Shown piece after piece: positions 24,841 to 38,087 of a stretch of 64,000 nucleotides of DNA. The position numbers and the translations under genes are program-made. Where the stretch lies: NCBI GenBank assembly GCA_037447605.1, contig CM074807.1:4042829-4106828 (forward strand). The letters are read 5' to 3'. The stretch is from Zygnema circumcarinatum SAG 698-1b (taxonomy: Eukaryota > Plantae > Zygnematophyceae). The notes beneath the pieces were generated by a model, which was not told the DNA's origin, did no database searches, and worked only from the letters and a program-made list of their open reading frames with translations. Each line of letters begins with the position of its first letter. Position 1 is the first letter of the stretch.

Positions 24841-25080
24841 AGAATACGTTTTTTACACGCTTCTTAAGCTTCGGTCATTAGTCTGTTTCTGGATCCCGTT
24901 TTTGCCCCCCCGCCAATCATATGTGACCATGGGTGGTCCCTGGCTAATCACCGTGCGTCACGTGGTCCGCTTTATGTTGGAAATTGCGTTCTGGATATTG
25001 ACTGACATAGAAATGAAGTGACGTGACAGTCGAACTTGGAGGGCTCGCTTTCCCCTTGGAAACCTTATAGCGAGTATTTG

Positions 25081-25134
25081 CCAATGGTTTACTGCCACGT
25101 GTACGTACTTGTACACGTGGCGAGTCATGATTGG
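25081..25134. promoter_or_regulatory. Symmetric double CCAAT/G-box module upstream of KAS I copy 1
   Basis: CCAAT-N8-GCCACGT-N14-ACGTGGC-N8-ATTGG, both halves perfect, 116 bp before the ATG at 25250. Confidence 0.6.
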
Positions 25135-25249
25135 AGGTGTTCCACTATGGCTGTCAATGGAAGGAAGGCCCTTTCTTGAACAGGCCCTGCAACAGCTACT
25201 CTTATTTTGAGCCCTTTCAGTGCAAGGCAGCAGGAGAGGAGAGTAAGCC

Positions 25250-28200
25250 ATGGCTGCCGCCCTTGCAGCTGCCCCTGCGACAGGGACGCCTTCCCTGCTT
25301 CTTGGACAGCGCTGGAAGGCGGGACAGAGCGAGGGGCGGGCAGCTTCGTTATGGCTTCCTCAGAGTTTATCAACCTCCGCAGGTGCTCAGCTGCAATGTT
25401 TACTGTACAGACGTTGGAGCTGGCGCCAGCGCCGCATTTGAATGTTTCATGGTTCGGCTTATATTTTTATGGAGTGTGAATGCGGCGTGAGGATGCTAGT
25501 GATCAATAAAATTCTTGGAGACGCATATTTTGACTGCTTGGTTAGATTTTCTGGCAGAAGGAGCGAAAGGAATGAAGAGAAGCGTTATCATGTGAACTGC
25601 GTTTTCCGTAATCATTAGTACCTCATGTATCCATCCCTCATCAGGTGCTGTTGCCTTAGAGAGTTTTCAGGTGGCGCCTCAACTGATTCTGGTTGGTTTG
25701 TTTCTTCTTACAGTTCCGAAAAGGGCGGGAGGAGCTCTCTGCGCTCAGGCAGCCCTGACAACTTCTGCTCCGAAGAGAGAAACTGATCCGAAAAAGCGTG
25801 TTGTCATTACTGGGATGGGATGTGTCTCCGTTTTTGGCAATGATGTCGACACATTTTATGATAGTCTGCTAGAAGGAAAGAGCGGAGTCGACATTATTGA
25901 CCGCTTTGATACTTCGGCTCTTCCCACCAAATTTGCAGCGCAGATTCGAAATTTCTCTAACGACGGACTGATTGATGGAAAGAATGATAGAAGAATGGAT
26001 GACTGTCTTCGATACGCTATAGTGGGAGGAAAGAAAGCTCTGAATCATGCAGGCCTGGATGCAGAGGGATTAAAGAAGGTGATGGAACTTCTTTTGCAGC
26101 TTTATTCACGAAGGCTGCAGTGTGTTTTGTCCATATGTCTGCTTTCTTTATGCTAAGCGAAAGTGAAGTATTGATGGCTTTTCATGTTCAAGAGTGTTGA
26201 TCTGAGTTGAGTTCGGGTTGAGTTTGAGCTCATAAAGCTTTGAGTTTCTAAGTTTGTCTTTCTTAGTTTTTTCTTTCTACATAAAAGTTCTTTCCCTTTT
26301 TTACTTGCTCTTTCCAGTCAGTACAGTTGTCCGCCTTAGCCCCATTGAAATGTACACTTGAATGGGATCTATGATATTTGAATGGCTCAATCCTTAATCT
26401 TGAGGGCAAGGATTTAGGCAGATGCCCCAATAGAGTACCAAGAAAAGGAAAGCTTTCTTATAATTAAAAAAAAAGAAAAAAGAGAATCTTGTTGACATGT
26501 GAATGCTTGAATACTGTTAATTCAGTCTATTCTTGAAGTCTTGTCTAAATGTCGAGAACTTTCCTTGTAAATTATAATTCAAGTGTTGTTGAGAGTTTCC
26601 CGCGGCGTCAGACTCTCCCTTCGCATGATTTGCTTCCTGCAGATGTTGTCGGAAGTTTCTGTTTTAATTTGTTATTGAACACTTTGTTTGACTGATTAAT
26701 GCGTTTCTCGTGCAGGTTGACAAGGAGAAAATTGGAGTGCTCATTGGTTCAGGAATGGGTGGAATCACCATTTTTGCAGACGGAGTGCAGAATCTCCTTG
26801 AGAAAGGTTATAAGCGAGTTAGCCCTTTCTTTATTCCATACGCAATTACAAACATGGGCAGTGCTCTTCTAGCAATTGAGCTCGGCCTTATGGGACCCAG
26901 CTACTCTATCTCCACAGCCTGTGCTACTTCAAATTACTGCTTTTATGCTGCAGCTAATCACATTCGCAGGTGAATGCTTACTCACTCTCGCAAGTATCGG
27001 CTCAATTTTGTTTGATTTGAGTCACCTTTCACTTGTTCTCATGATGCTGAAATAGGGAGAACTACCAACTGGGAAGGAGGAGATTGGCAGATGTTTCAAA
27101 TCCGTGGACGTTGCACAAGCATTATTTAGGGTGGAAGTTAGTACCGTGTAGCGCTGTTTTCAGGAATCTTTTGGCCTACGTGGCACGGTCGTAATCATCC
27201 AAACGAAACAGTTTTGTAGGAAACCTGTGACATAATGGCTATTAGCATTTCACCTGTAAGGAGATTGTCCGCAGATACAGGCCTCCGAGACGGCTTTGGG
27301 CAATGATAAATGACTAGAGAGACTTAAGAGCATTATTTGTTGAAGTAAGGGGTCCAACATGAATCAGCTTTCAGCATTTTTTTGCAAAAATATCTAAGAT
27401 ACTGAAAACAATTATAGCAGTCAGGATGTTTTTACAGCATCCCAGCTGTCTTGAAGACCTTGAAAAAGTGGTTAACTTCCCTAAACTCCATGTATCCTAA
27501 AAGCTCTGAAAGTAAACTCATGTTGGTGCTATGTGCTAATATGTAGGGGTGAAGCGGATATCATTGTCGCTGGAGGGACGGAGGCCGCAATTATACCTAT
27601 TGGACTGGGTGGCTTCATTGCCTGTCGAGCACTCTCAACCAGAAATGACGATCCCAAGACTGCTTCTCGGCCCTGGGACAAGGAGAGAGAAGGGTTCGTC
27701 ATGGGTGAAGGAGCTGGGGTCTTGGTATGTTTCCTCTCTCTTTCCCATACTCTCTGTCTCTCCCTTTTTCCCCCTCCTGCTCCCGCCTCTCTCTCCCCCC
27801 TCCCCGTCTCCCACCTATAATCTACGTTTCCCCCCCCCCTCTCTCTCTCTCCTCCTCTCTCTCTCCCTCTGCTCGTCATGCTTGTTAGCTAAAGCAACTT
27901 GATTCAACATCACCTGAACAGAACTTGAACGTCGTAATTTCCAAAGGGCTCAAAATGCGTATCCTATGCGCAGAAAGTATTCATTTTTTGAGTTCCTTTC
28001 GTTGTTTTGCAGGTTATGGAGAGTTTGGAAAGCGCACAGCGTCGAGGGGTCCCCATCATTGCGGAGTATTTGGGAGGAGCTATCACAAGTGACGCTCATC
28101 ATATGACAGACCCGCGGCCAGATGGGTATGGGGTTTCCACATGCATCAGACGCTCATTGCAAGATGGCGGCGTCTCTCCAGAGGAGGTAAGTAGTTAACA

Positions 28201-29598
28201 ATTCTGTACGATTTATGTTTACTGCTTCTGTGTTCCCGGCTTTTGTTTCTGTGGGTTTTCAGGGCTAGTAGAGTTTCATAGTTTGGAATCTTGTGTGCTT
28301 CTGAAGTACTGATCTCTATTTCTCGTAATGTGGCGGGTCTTCTGTTCCATAGGTGAACTATATCAATGCCCATGCAACATCCACAATTGTCGGGGACTTG
28401 GCGGAGGTGAATGCCATCAAGTCAGTCTTTGGAGATTCCAAAGAAATCAAAATCAACGCTACCAAGGTAGGTGACAACAATCTGTTCAAATGTGAATCGA
28501 CATAAATGCTTGTTTTCCCATGTTGAGCACTGACTTAGGACTCCCTTTATAAGACGAAATTAAAAGGAGAGATAATCTAGGGAAATTGCAATCTTTGTGA
28601 CGCGTTCTTTAATGTAAGTGCCATATGGCAACTACAACCTTTCTCTCTCTGTTTCAGTGATTTGTCGTATTGCAGGTGTACTCGGAATGCTAGAATGAAT
28701 GGAATAAACCAGTAACGTTTACTGATAAACAAAAGATCAGTTCTAAGTATTGCCATTCTGTTGGATGATGTGGCAGTCGATGATTGGCCATTGTTTGGGC
28801 GCTGCGGGTGGCTTGGAGGCTATTGCCACCATTAAGGCCATCACTACTGGCTGGGTTCACCCTAGCATCAACCAATTTGTGAGTACTGAAAAGCATTGAA
28901 GTACTGAAACGTGAGAGATAAGAGGCACTCAATTGGCTAGGACATTTTCACATAATAGGAGCAAGCTCTGAAATGCATTCAAAGTAGAGCTTGCACGCGA
29001 AGTATTTTGAAGATATTGAACGTGTGTTGGTACTTGGATCTCCTATTCGCGGCTCGAGGAATTTGATTGAATTTGATTGTGTGAATGAATGAAAACAGAA
29101 CCCCGAGGAGGCAGTCATATATGATACTGTGCCAAATGTGAAGAAAGCACACGAAATCCAAGTTGGTAATGTCGCGAAACCGTCCATACTTTTTCCTGTC
29201 TACAAAGGCAAACTAGAAAGTTAGTCGAACTTTTTTCTTAGTCAACTTGGTGTCGAGACTGACTAGCGTAGGCAGAGAGAGAGCGATAGAGAAAGAGAGA
29301 GAGAGCAAAAGAGAGTGGAGGAGGGAGGGTGGAATGTCTATATTTTCATTTTCCTCAGTCAACCGCATCCCTGCTCAGACATGTTTCTATGTGTCTTCTG
29401 CGAATTTGTGGATATTCATAAACCTCATAACTTTGAATTCTATATGGCTGTTACTCCAGAAACTCATTAGGCTTGTAGGCTTTCTTTATCTGTTTCAACT
29501 GTCTCACAACCACCTCCTGAGTTGCTGCAGGCATTTCCAACTCCTTTGGATTCGGTGGTCATAACTCCGTTTGTGTTTTCGCGCCCTACGTCGCCTAA
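25250..29598 (+). CDS. KAS1: Plastid 3-oxoacyl-[ACP] synthase I (KAS I), copy 1; multi-exon
   Basis: [29 protein letters not shown] (catalytic Cys), YINAHATST and SMIGHCLG (catalytic His pair), [12 protein letters not shown]; transit peptide in exon 1. Confidence 0.95.
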
Positions 29599-31459
29599 AG
29601 TTGTAAGGTCGCTCAATTTTTTCGCGGTCACCAATTATTTCATAGTCACCTTCAGAATCTTCGCTACATTGCTTTCCTCGGCAACATCGTCAGAGTCTCT
29701 TGCGAGGAGCGCATGTGGAGCCGTCAGGAACTCATTTTTGAGTCTGCTCTTAACAGTTTTGATGTCTTCCTTTTCTCTATAGAAGCTAACGCGCAGGCCT
29801 TGCGGAACAGCTCTCCCTCACTCTCTCTGTCTCTCTCCCTTTCTTCACAGGCACACAGACGCTCCCTCTGTCTGGCTGTCTCTCACTCTCCCCCCTCCCC
29901 ACTCTCCCCCTTTCTCTCATTCACTTTCTTATTTCACGGAGCACTACAGTACACGCAGTACTGCCCTTTCCTAGGGTTTGCTTTTGGCACTATGTCAGCT
30001 TTTGACTCCCGCAAAGCTCCTTCAGGCGTAGCGTCCTAGTAATCTCCTCTTCATAGGAGCGTTCTCTAGTTGTATGTGCAGCGTTGTTGCTAGGTGCCAA
30101 CTTTTCATGTTCAACACAATTGCCATGAGGAGAAAAGGTGTGAATGAGTCTGTTTTGGTTGTTGTGTTGGTTTGACTGTGCTCTAGTGACATGTAGTTTC
30201 AATAAGTAAATTCATGATATTTCCACCACATCTGCTAAGTAATCTTGACTCTTGCTGGCTTCGGGTTTTAGGGTTTGGAAGGCTTTTTGGGTGCTTGTGT
30301 GCTTTGTGGCATGAACATCTCTGTCACTGTTTCAAGCGAATGTAAAGTTTCGAACTTCAGGCTGTGACAGAGTGGGCACTCGCTTCATTCTGATTTTGGA
30401 TACAAGGATTCATACTTACAACGCTGAAGGGCTTCATACTTAGAAATCATGGACAGACTAAGAATTTGAAATCCAATACAAGTTTTCCTGAGAAATAAGT
30501 GGTCACGGCTAAACAAATATTGCTGCCTTTGAAACCATATCTAAGGAAAAGCTGTTCGCCTTTGAAGGTTGAATAGCAGAAATGCACTCGAATTCCACTT
30601 TTTTTTTTTATTCCTAGCTCACTAGTGAAGGTTGACCTCAGGACCACAGCCTCGGCTTCAAGACGATGGGGCCACACGCTGAAAGGAAAGCGGCTCAGTT
30701 TTTTGCAATAAACCTCATTCAAGCTCGGTTTGGAATTTCTGCAAGCCGGGACACGTGGCGAGCGCTGGTTGGACAAAGTGGATTGCAAATGGAGCAAGGG
30801 AATTTTTGAGATTTTTGAATCCGCTTCATGGAACTGCAGTCTGACTTTTTTTTTCCTTAATAACGTTTTTTCCTGCCCAAACTTCCAGCCGATTTCTTAT
30901 TGGCTCACAGCCACGCGGGCAGCCAATCTTAAACCACAAAACGACAATCTCACCATCAGGAAAAAAAAAGTGCCGACATGCACTGGGGCCACTGGCGGGG
31001 TGACACGTGGTGGTTCTTCCGCCGTCCGATGCGTCAAATTGAGGTCCGCCAGTCGAACCAATGCGGCGCCTCTTTCACACATGCGAGCCTCGAATGTGGA
31101 GCGGCTCCGGGACCTATCCGGAAGGAACTGCGGCAGGGTGGCCCAAGGCCGCATCGGACGGCTCCTAGCGAGCCACGTCGCAAATACTGCGCGGTACAAT
31201 TCCCAAAAAGTGCGTAAAAGGTCCAACCCGGCGGCCCACGTGCCACCCACGGCTCGTCCGTTCCGCGGAAGGGAAAATGCGCGTCGCTGACACGGTAGGG
31301 CTCACCGACCTACGGCCCACCGACCTACGGCCGCCGCCGGGCGCCCACGCGGGGAGCGGACAACGGTCCGACTTTTCAACGTCATAAGGGGCCCGACTGC
31401 GGGCAGGAAAAAAACCACATTTCACAATGCCCCGGTCCGCGGTCAGCCAAACGTCTTCC

Positions 31460-31479
31460 ACGTGGCACATATTTATTGG
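31460..31479 (-). promoter_or_regulatory. CCAAT-N9-CCACGT composite element
   Basis: Reverse complement reads CCAAT aaatatgtg CCACGT, within a CpG-rich intergenic island upstream of the Raf-like kinase. Confidence 0.5.
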
Positions 31480-32414
31480 CCAGCGTCCCAGTTACTTGAA
31501 TTTTTAGTACTACCCGACAACCGGAAATTCGACAATATTTTTCTCCGTCCAAGACCCGAAAAACGGGCAGAAAAAACATCCGCCAGCTGCCCGGAAAGAC
31601 GCTTGGTCACGAACCCGTTCCGTGTCCTCTGCTCGGAAGTCGGTGCGCGCAATCATTGCATCGTGGCTGGACCAGATCGACGGTCCAGACCAGGTCAACG
31701 ATTCGATTTAAAATCGAAAAAAGATAGGAAGGAATCTATTATTTACACAGCTTTTGGAAAGATACACACCTTTTCAGTCAAAAAAAACTTGAAAACCCCA
31801 AAAATTGGCAGGTGAAGAAAGGTGTGTATTTAGCCATGAAAGGTGTGTACCTATCTTACCAGAAAAGGTCAATCGTTGACGACTGCCGACTCTCGTTGGC
31901 CAATGGCCATCCAAAGGCGGCCGCGTGCCGACAACTGGCGCCGCGTCAAAGAGAGGGCCGTCGGACAGTCGCAGGGCCTCTCCCTCTCTCCCTCGCCCGC
32001 TGCCGCTCCCTCTCCCTCTATCGCTCTCGCTCTCGCTTTTCTGCTCGCTCTTTTGCTCCCCTGATCCCACTCTCGCCCCCCCTATCTCTCTTTCTCTTTC
32101 CCCCTCTTCCCCACTCCCTTCCGCTCCCTCTCCCTCTATCAATCTCGCTCTTCCGCTCCATCTCCCGCTCTCACTCTCCCTCTTTCAAACTCCTTCTCCC
32201 TCTCCCCCTCCCACTCCCTCTCCCTCTCCCTCTCCCTCTCCCTCTCCCTCTTCCTATCCCTCTCCCTCTCCCTCTCCCTCTCTCTCTCCCTCTCCCGCTC
32301 CCTCTCCCTCTCCCTCTCCTCTCCTTCTTCCCCCCTCTCGTTCCTAAAAACCGAAGACCTTACCCCAATATACGCATCAACGGAGCTCCTATCAGAAGTC
32401 CTGAGACCCACGCC

Positions 32415-34501
32415 ATGAGCCCCCCTCCCCCCCACACAAAAGCCACGGAGAAAGCCCCAGATTGCTCCACGTGGAAGATCGAACCGTCTGAGTTGAATTT
32501 GGGCCCGCAGATTTCGGAGGGGAGCTCCGGCCGCGTTCTGATGGGGCGGTACAAAGGGCAGCGCGTGGCCGTGAAGGAGTACTTCCAGGAGCGGGAGGGC
32601 TGCCACGTGGCAGCCTCTGAGAGGGACCGCGAAGCTGCCATGCTCGCGCGCTCGCACCATCCCAACATTGTGAAGGTTTGGGAAACCATCCCTCTAAGAT
32701 TTCATTCACATGTTGTGTTGGGTCTCTTCAATTCTCCCATACTCTCATCTTTCTTCTCTATATGCTTAGCTTCTTATCTTTCTCTCCCTCTCTATTTCCA
32801 TCTATCTTGCTTCAGTTTTGCAATCACTTTCCCCTCTCCACCTTCCTGTGCCGCTCTCCTTCTAGGGCCCCCCTTCTCTCCCTGCCTCCCCCTCTCTCCC
32901 TCCCTGCCCCCCTCTCTCCATCCCTCCCTCCTCCCTCCTCCCTCCCTCCCTCCCTCCCTCCCTCCCTCCCTCCCTCCCTCCCTCATTATTCCTGCCTCTC
33001 CCACTTCTACTCGCCCTTCCTTCCCCTCTCCCACTCCCCGTCTCCCTCCGCCTCTCCCTCCCACCTTCCCTCCCCCTTTTCACCCACTCTGACACTCCCC
33101 AACATCCCCTTCCCCTCCCGCCACCTCCAATCCCTCTCCCTTCCCCCCCCCATCGCCGCCATCGCCCTCCACTGACCACCCTTCCAAGGCCTCTCTCCCC
33201 GCCCCTCCCGCCCCTTCCTGCATCTTCCCCTCCCTGTCCATCTCCCTCTCCCTCCCTCACGTATCTTCTCCCCCTCTGAATGCAGTTCATTGGCACGTGT
33301 GAACTCGCCTCCTGTTCGTGTATTGTTATGGAGTACCTCTCGGGAGGAGATTTGTCGCAGTACATCGCCAGGCAGGAGGGGGCCCTTCACCTGCAAGACT
33401 CTCTCCTTATCGCTCTCGACATCGCCAATGGGATGAACTATCTGCACCAGCAGGTGCTAGGACTAATGCGAAGCTATCGTAGAATGCAATCGTCCTCTCT
33501 TTCTCTCTCTCTCTCTCTCTCTTCCTCCCTCCCTGTGCATCACTGCTGGCCTTCACATTCTGTAATGCTCACATTTCCTCACAATCTTTCTGCAGGGAAT
33601 GGTGCATCGCGATCTTAAGCCGATGAATGTGATTTTCTCCGAAGATGGAGTGTGGAAACTTGCTGACTTCGGAACTGCGAGGCTGTCGGGGAAATGTACC
33701 GACATGACTGCCGAGAGCGGGACGTATCGGTGGATGGCGCCAGAGGTATAGATTAGCTATCTCTTCCTGATCCTTTTCGGAATTTCATTGGTAGTTCTGG
33801 TTCTTGACAGCTGGGTTCTCCTGAATATCTCTAAAAATGAAACCGTACAGGTGTAGTTTGCTCGCTTGCAGCTCCGCTTGAAGTTTCCAATTGAAGTGTT
33901 TTCAGGAGAGAAGAGAAGAGTTGCAAGAGATTAGCTTCATCTTATATGTGAGCTGTGGTCTGGGCCAGATGGTGAGCTCATGCTCTTACACGCACAAGGT
34001 GGACGTGTACAGTTTTGGACTTGTTTTGTGGGAGCTCATTGCCGGAGAGGTTCCTTTTCGAGAGATGAGCTCCACCCAAGTAGCTTTTGCGGTCACAATT
34101 AAGGTGAGCTCTCCATTAGTATTACCCTGTTCTTTTGTGTTGAAAAAGGTTAAAGTTCAACTCCATTTCATGTCCTCTCTCCTTCCCTCGTACTTAATTG
34201 TTTAATCTTTGTGGGTATGCAGCATCTTCGGCCGAAGATTCCAGACAGATGCCCCCCAAACCTCGCGAGCTTGATCCAAAGTTGCTGGCACAAAAACCCT
34301 TCTCGCCGTCCTGAATTCTCAAACATCATCACTCAGCTAGAACGCATCATGGTGAAGGTGATGATGTCGAAGATGCCGCGACGAAACCTGTCGAGCCAAA
34401 AGGTCTCTTTGGGGAGGCAAAAGCACTGCAAGCCGTTGGTCCAGAGGTTTCTGAGCTATACAAAATTAGTCGTGCTATCTTCAAGACTTGCTGCAATATA
34501 G
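32415..34501 (+). CDS. Raf-like (group C, HT1/STY-type) protein kinase, 5 exons, little N-terminal extension
   Basis: WKIEPSEL, VAVK, HHPNIVK|FIG, HRDLKPMN, DFG, GTYRWMAPE, YTHKVDVYSFGLVLWEL, RPKIP..CP...LI..CW...P..RPEF; catalytic motifs are intact. Confidence 0.9.
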
Positions 34502-36700
34502 CTAGTAATTATAATAATAATCGAGTGGGAGTGATTGGTTGTGCAGAAACAGGTTCAGATGTACATTTTGTATATAATTTTTATTTTGTCAAATATAGTT
34601 TTACCAATTCTGCTCACAGAACTAGAAAAAAGTTGTTCCATAAATGACAGCATTTAACTACTTGAGAAACCTACAGGAAGATGCGAACCTTTTCTTTCCA
34701 CCTGCTGTAAGAATTGGGTTCGCTTTCTCGCCCTATTGAGCACCAATATGATGCTGCTAGTCACTAGAGCTGCAGGCTGTGAATGTTTTGTGGTCAATCA
34801 AAACCTTTTACAGAGAACTAAACTATTATCTGTGAGATAATAGAAAGCCAAAATGATGAAACAAACCGCAATTGATCAGACCAACTGAGCCAGTATATTC
34901 CTCTTCAGCATCAACCTAATCAAGCAAGACGTAAGAAAGTCCCATTACAGTTTGCTTGAAGAACGAGCGTGTTTTTTTGTTTTGAAGTCGCTCTTACCAA
35001 AGCATATATTCACATCCTTTGTTCTCCGTTATTCTCTCTAGATTTTCTGCCATTTTACTGCCAACAGGTACCACCATGGAAGCTATTTCAGTTCCTCGCT
35101 CCCAGTCAACATCACCCTCTCTCTTCGTCCAACCCTCTCCCCGCTCAGTATACGGAAAGGGCTCCAAGTCCTTTCGCGCAGTCGCTTTCGTGACGTGACA
35201 TCCGGCTCCTCGTTTCTTTGGTCCGCCGCCGCCGGCGCGTCGCCGACGGACGTAGCAGCCCCATGCAGAAAAAAGAAAAAAAATGCAAAAATCCAAAATT
35301 TCTCGATGTGGGCCCGAAATAAACAGTGAATCCCCAAAAACGGAAGTTCCGCGTCGCCAAAAATTGCGCCCCCGTCAATTTCCGAGAGCATCTCCTGACG
35401 AAGATTTTGACGGGTACGAATGTGCGCGAACCCGCCGTCGTAATCACACGCATCGACGGTGAGGAGAGGGTGCAAGGAGGGCTCTGAAAAGACCGGCGGC
35501 CATGCAAGCTCCTTCAGGGGAAGGTGTCGGACGCAAAAGTCCCCAGAGGCTTTACATTTCAGAAGGGGTTTGAGGAGCATTATAAAAAGAGAGACCTTTG
35601 ATTGACGGTGATGTTTCTGTTGCAGTGAATGCAGGAGGGAGGTGTGGTAGGGGAGAGAGGAGGGAGGGTGGAAGGGTGGAACAGCGGAGAGTAGAGGAGG
35701 AGGTGCTGAGAATAGGAGAGGCTAAGTGGAGAATGTTGGTTCAGGTGAATTCAAAATGAATTATATTCTTAAAATGAGAGCATTAGTAAGCATATAAAAG
35801 GCTGGGGGAAAGCGACATTGAGATCAATACACGTATTTTTTGAGTTAAAAAGGTCTGAGATGGCGAAGTTTCTACAGTTTATGCGAGGCAGATCTACCCA
35901 AGAAGTTTTACCCCATATCAATGAAGCTGAGAACTCTTCTACTGAACCCACTTCTGAAGTCGATCAGTCGGAGAATCAGGAAGTGCAGCAACAGGGAGAA
36001 GGCAGGACAAATGTGGGAGCTGATGTTGACATAGAAGCACGTGAAGCCCCTATTCTCTTTGACGTTGACTTGAACAGCACAGAGACGGGTACGTGACACT
36101 CTATTAACTCTATTAACTTCTCTCTATATCTCTCTCTCTTTCCCCCTCCCCCCCCCCCCCTCCCCTCTGTGTGTGAAAAAATGTCCACACACCAAAAGCT
36201 CATTTTTTCTTCTTTTTTTCCCCTTTTTTTTCAATTCCTGATCCTCATTTCCTTTGTGCAGCATCCCCCCCGAACTCAGTCGAGTCCCGACTTGGTGATA
36301 CTGTACCGACGGAATCAATCATGGAGCTGCGACCGATCTCAAGGAAGACCGGAATGGTGGTCGTTCACATGCCCAATGAAGCAGCTGTGAATGAGTTTGA
36401 GGACAGTCCATTGAGCACGGAGAGACCCCGGGAGGGAGACGGCAGCAGGTCCTGGAGGGCGCGCCTTGGAGTGACGGCGATGCAGTCGGATGCGTCACAG
36501 ATAGACACAATTTCAACCATTGAAACGTTCTTGCCAAAGGTCAGCTGAGAGAAGAAGTAAACTACGCATGTGGAGGGAGAGTTGGAGGAAGGTTTGGTCG
36601 AATGAGGAGATACAGAATAGAGGAGGTGGCCGATGCGGGGAGGATGGGGTTGGGAGAGGGAGGGTGAGGGAGGGAGAGGGAGGGAGAGGGGGGGAGAGGG

Positions 36701-36710
36701 NNNNNNNNNN
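36701..36710. other. Assembly gap (10 N)
   Basis: Run of n within a G-rich intron tract. Confidence 1.
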
Positions 36711-38005
36711 AGGGGGAGGGAGAGGGAGGGAGCGGGAGGGGGAGGGAGGGGGAGGGAAGGGGAGGGAGAAGGCAGAGGGAGGGAGAGGGAGGGAGGGAGA
36801 GGGAAAGGGAGGGTGAGGGCCGGCTTTAAGGAATGGAATCAAGGGGAGAAACTAAAGATGGGGAGCGAGACTGAAGGAAGGAGGTGGGGAGGTGGGTGGG
36901 GGGGAGAGGATAGCAAGCCCTTCAGGTCTCTCCTTCAGAGTCACAAGTATCTCAACTGAATTGAACCAACCTAAGCCATCTCTTAGAAAACCCTTGATGG
37001 ACTCAAATTTCCATTACTGCGAAACAAAAATACTACTCTGAAATTTCAGTACTTTGTCGGCGGTCTGCAGGCACCAAGCATGTACAGTCGTTGGGGGTCG
37101 GAGCTCTCCGAAAGTCACAAGAGCAACATGTCGATCCAATTCGACTCTGAGTCAACCCTTAATGATGCTCCGGCTCAGAAACCGCCAATGCACTATCACA
37201 CATTCATTGTGTTTTGCATCACGAGTGGAACCATTCTCCTGCTTTTGGGGTTCAACCTCTACACCAAGATCATTCGAAGTATCAACGACCACCGCTGGAT
37301 TCGGTTTTGGGACGTCATCTTCTTTCCATGGGTAAGTCGAAGGCAAATGTAGACCTTAGATATAGAACTTTGCTTAGTTTTTTGTTTGTTTTGTAAATTT
37401 GCCACTATGAAACTTTCAAGCTTCATCTTTGATGCAGCAAGAAGAGGTTTCTCCGTTGGTTGAAGTCATGCTAAAGCAAATTTTTTTTTTGGGTTCCAGT
37501 TTGCCTTTGTGATGTATTTCGCAGTCCACGTTTTATTTACAAACATTTTCTCCTCTTTGGGTCCCGTCGCCCATACATACCACAACTCCAAGTATTACTC
37601 CGTGAACCCTACACCGAATACAAAGGGACCTCGCCCACTCGTCACCGTTCAGGTATGAACGTTAATCTTCGTTTCTTAAGGGAAAGGGAAGAGAGAATGA
37701 AAGGGAAAGGAAAGGGTTAAGTAAATGTGGCTCATTTTCTCGAAACTTTAACAGTATTTTTTATATACGAACAAAAAGTAAAGTTTTGACGAGTGGACTG
37801 ATGCAGATCCCCGTGTACAAGGAGTCCTTCGTGCTCACTCTGAAGCCCACTCTTCTCTCGGTCTTAGATGCGTGCTGGTGAGTTTGAACTCAGAGCATTC
37901 TTGTTCCAACACTCTTCCATTGCTTATTCAGCTTTCGTCGAAGACTGTCTCGTTTTCATCCCAAACCTTTGCACTTCATTCATTCGTTCACTCGCAGTTT
38001 TCGAT

Positions 38006-38087
38006 CTGGTTGAATGAACTAGTTGAATGAACTGGTTGAATGAACTGGTTGAATGAAACTGGTTGAATGAACTGGTTGAATGAACTG
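38006..38087. repeat. 13-bp minisatellite (GGTTGAATGAACT) x6
   Basis: Direct tandem units immediately upstream of a GT2 acceptor site. Confidence 0.9.

Noticed and set aside
31021-31162. 13-bp inverted repeat GCCGTCCGATGCG / CGCATCGGACGGC as a MITE or structured RNA
   Set aside because: It does not extend, has no TSD, and lies in a GC-rich promoter-like island where such matches are plausible by chance.
31812-33092. 426-aa ORF as the kinase gene
   Set aside because: Only 32415-32675 is kinase exon 1; the flanks are CT-rich UTR/intron read through by chance.
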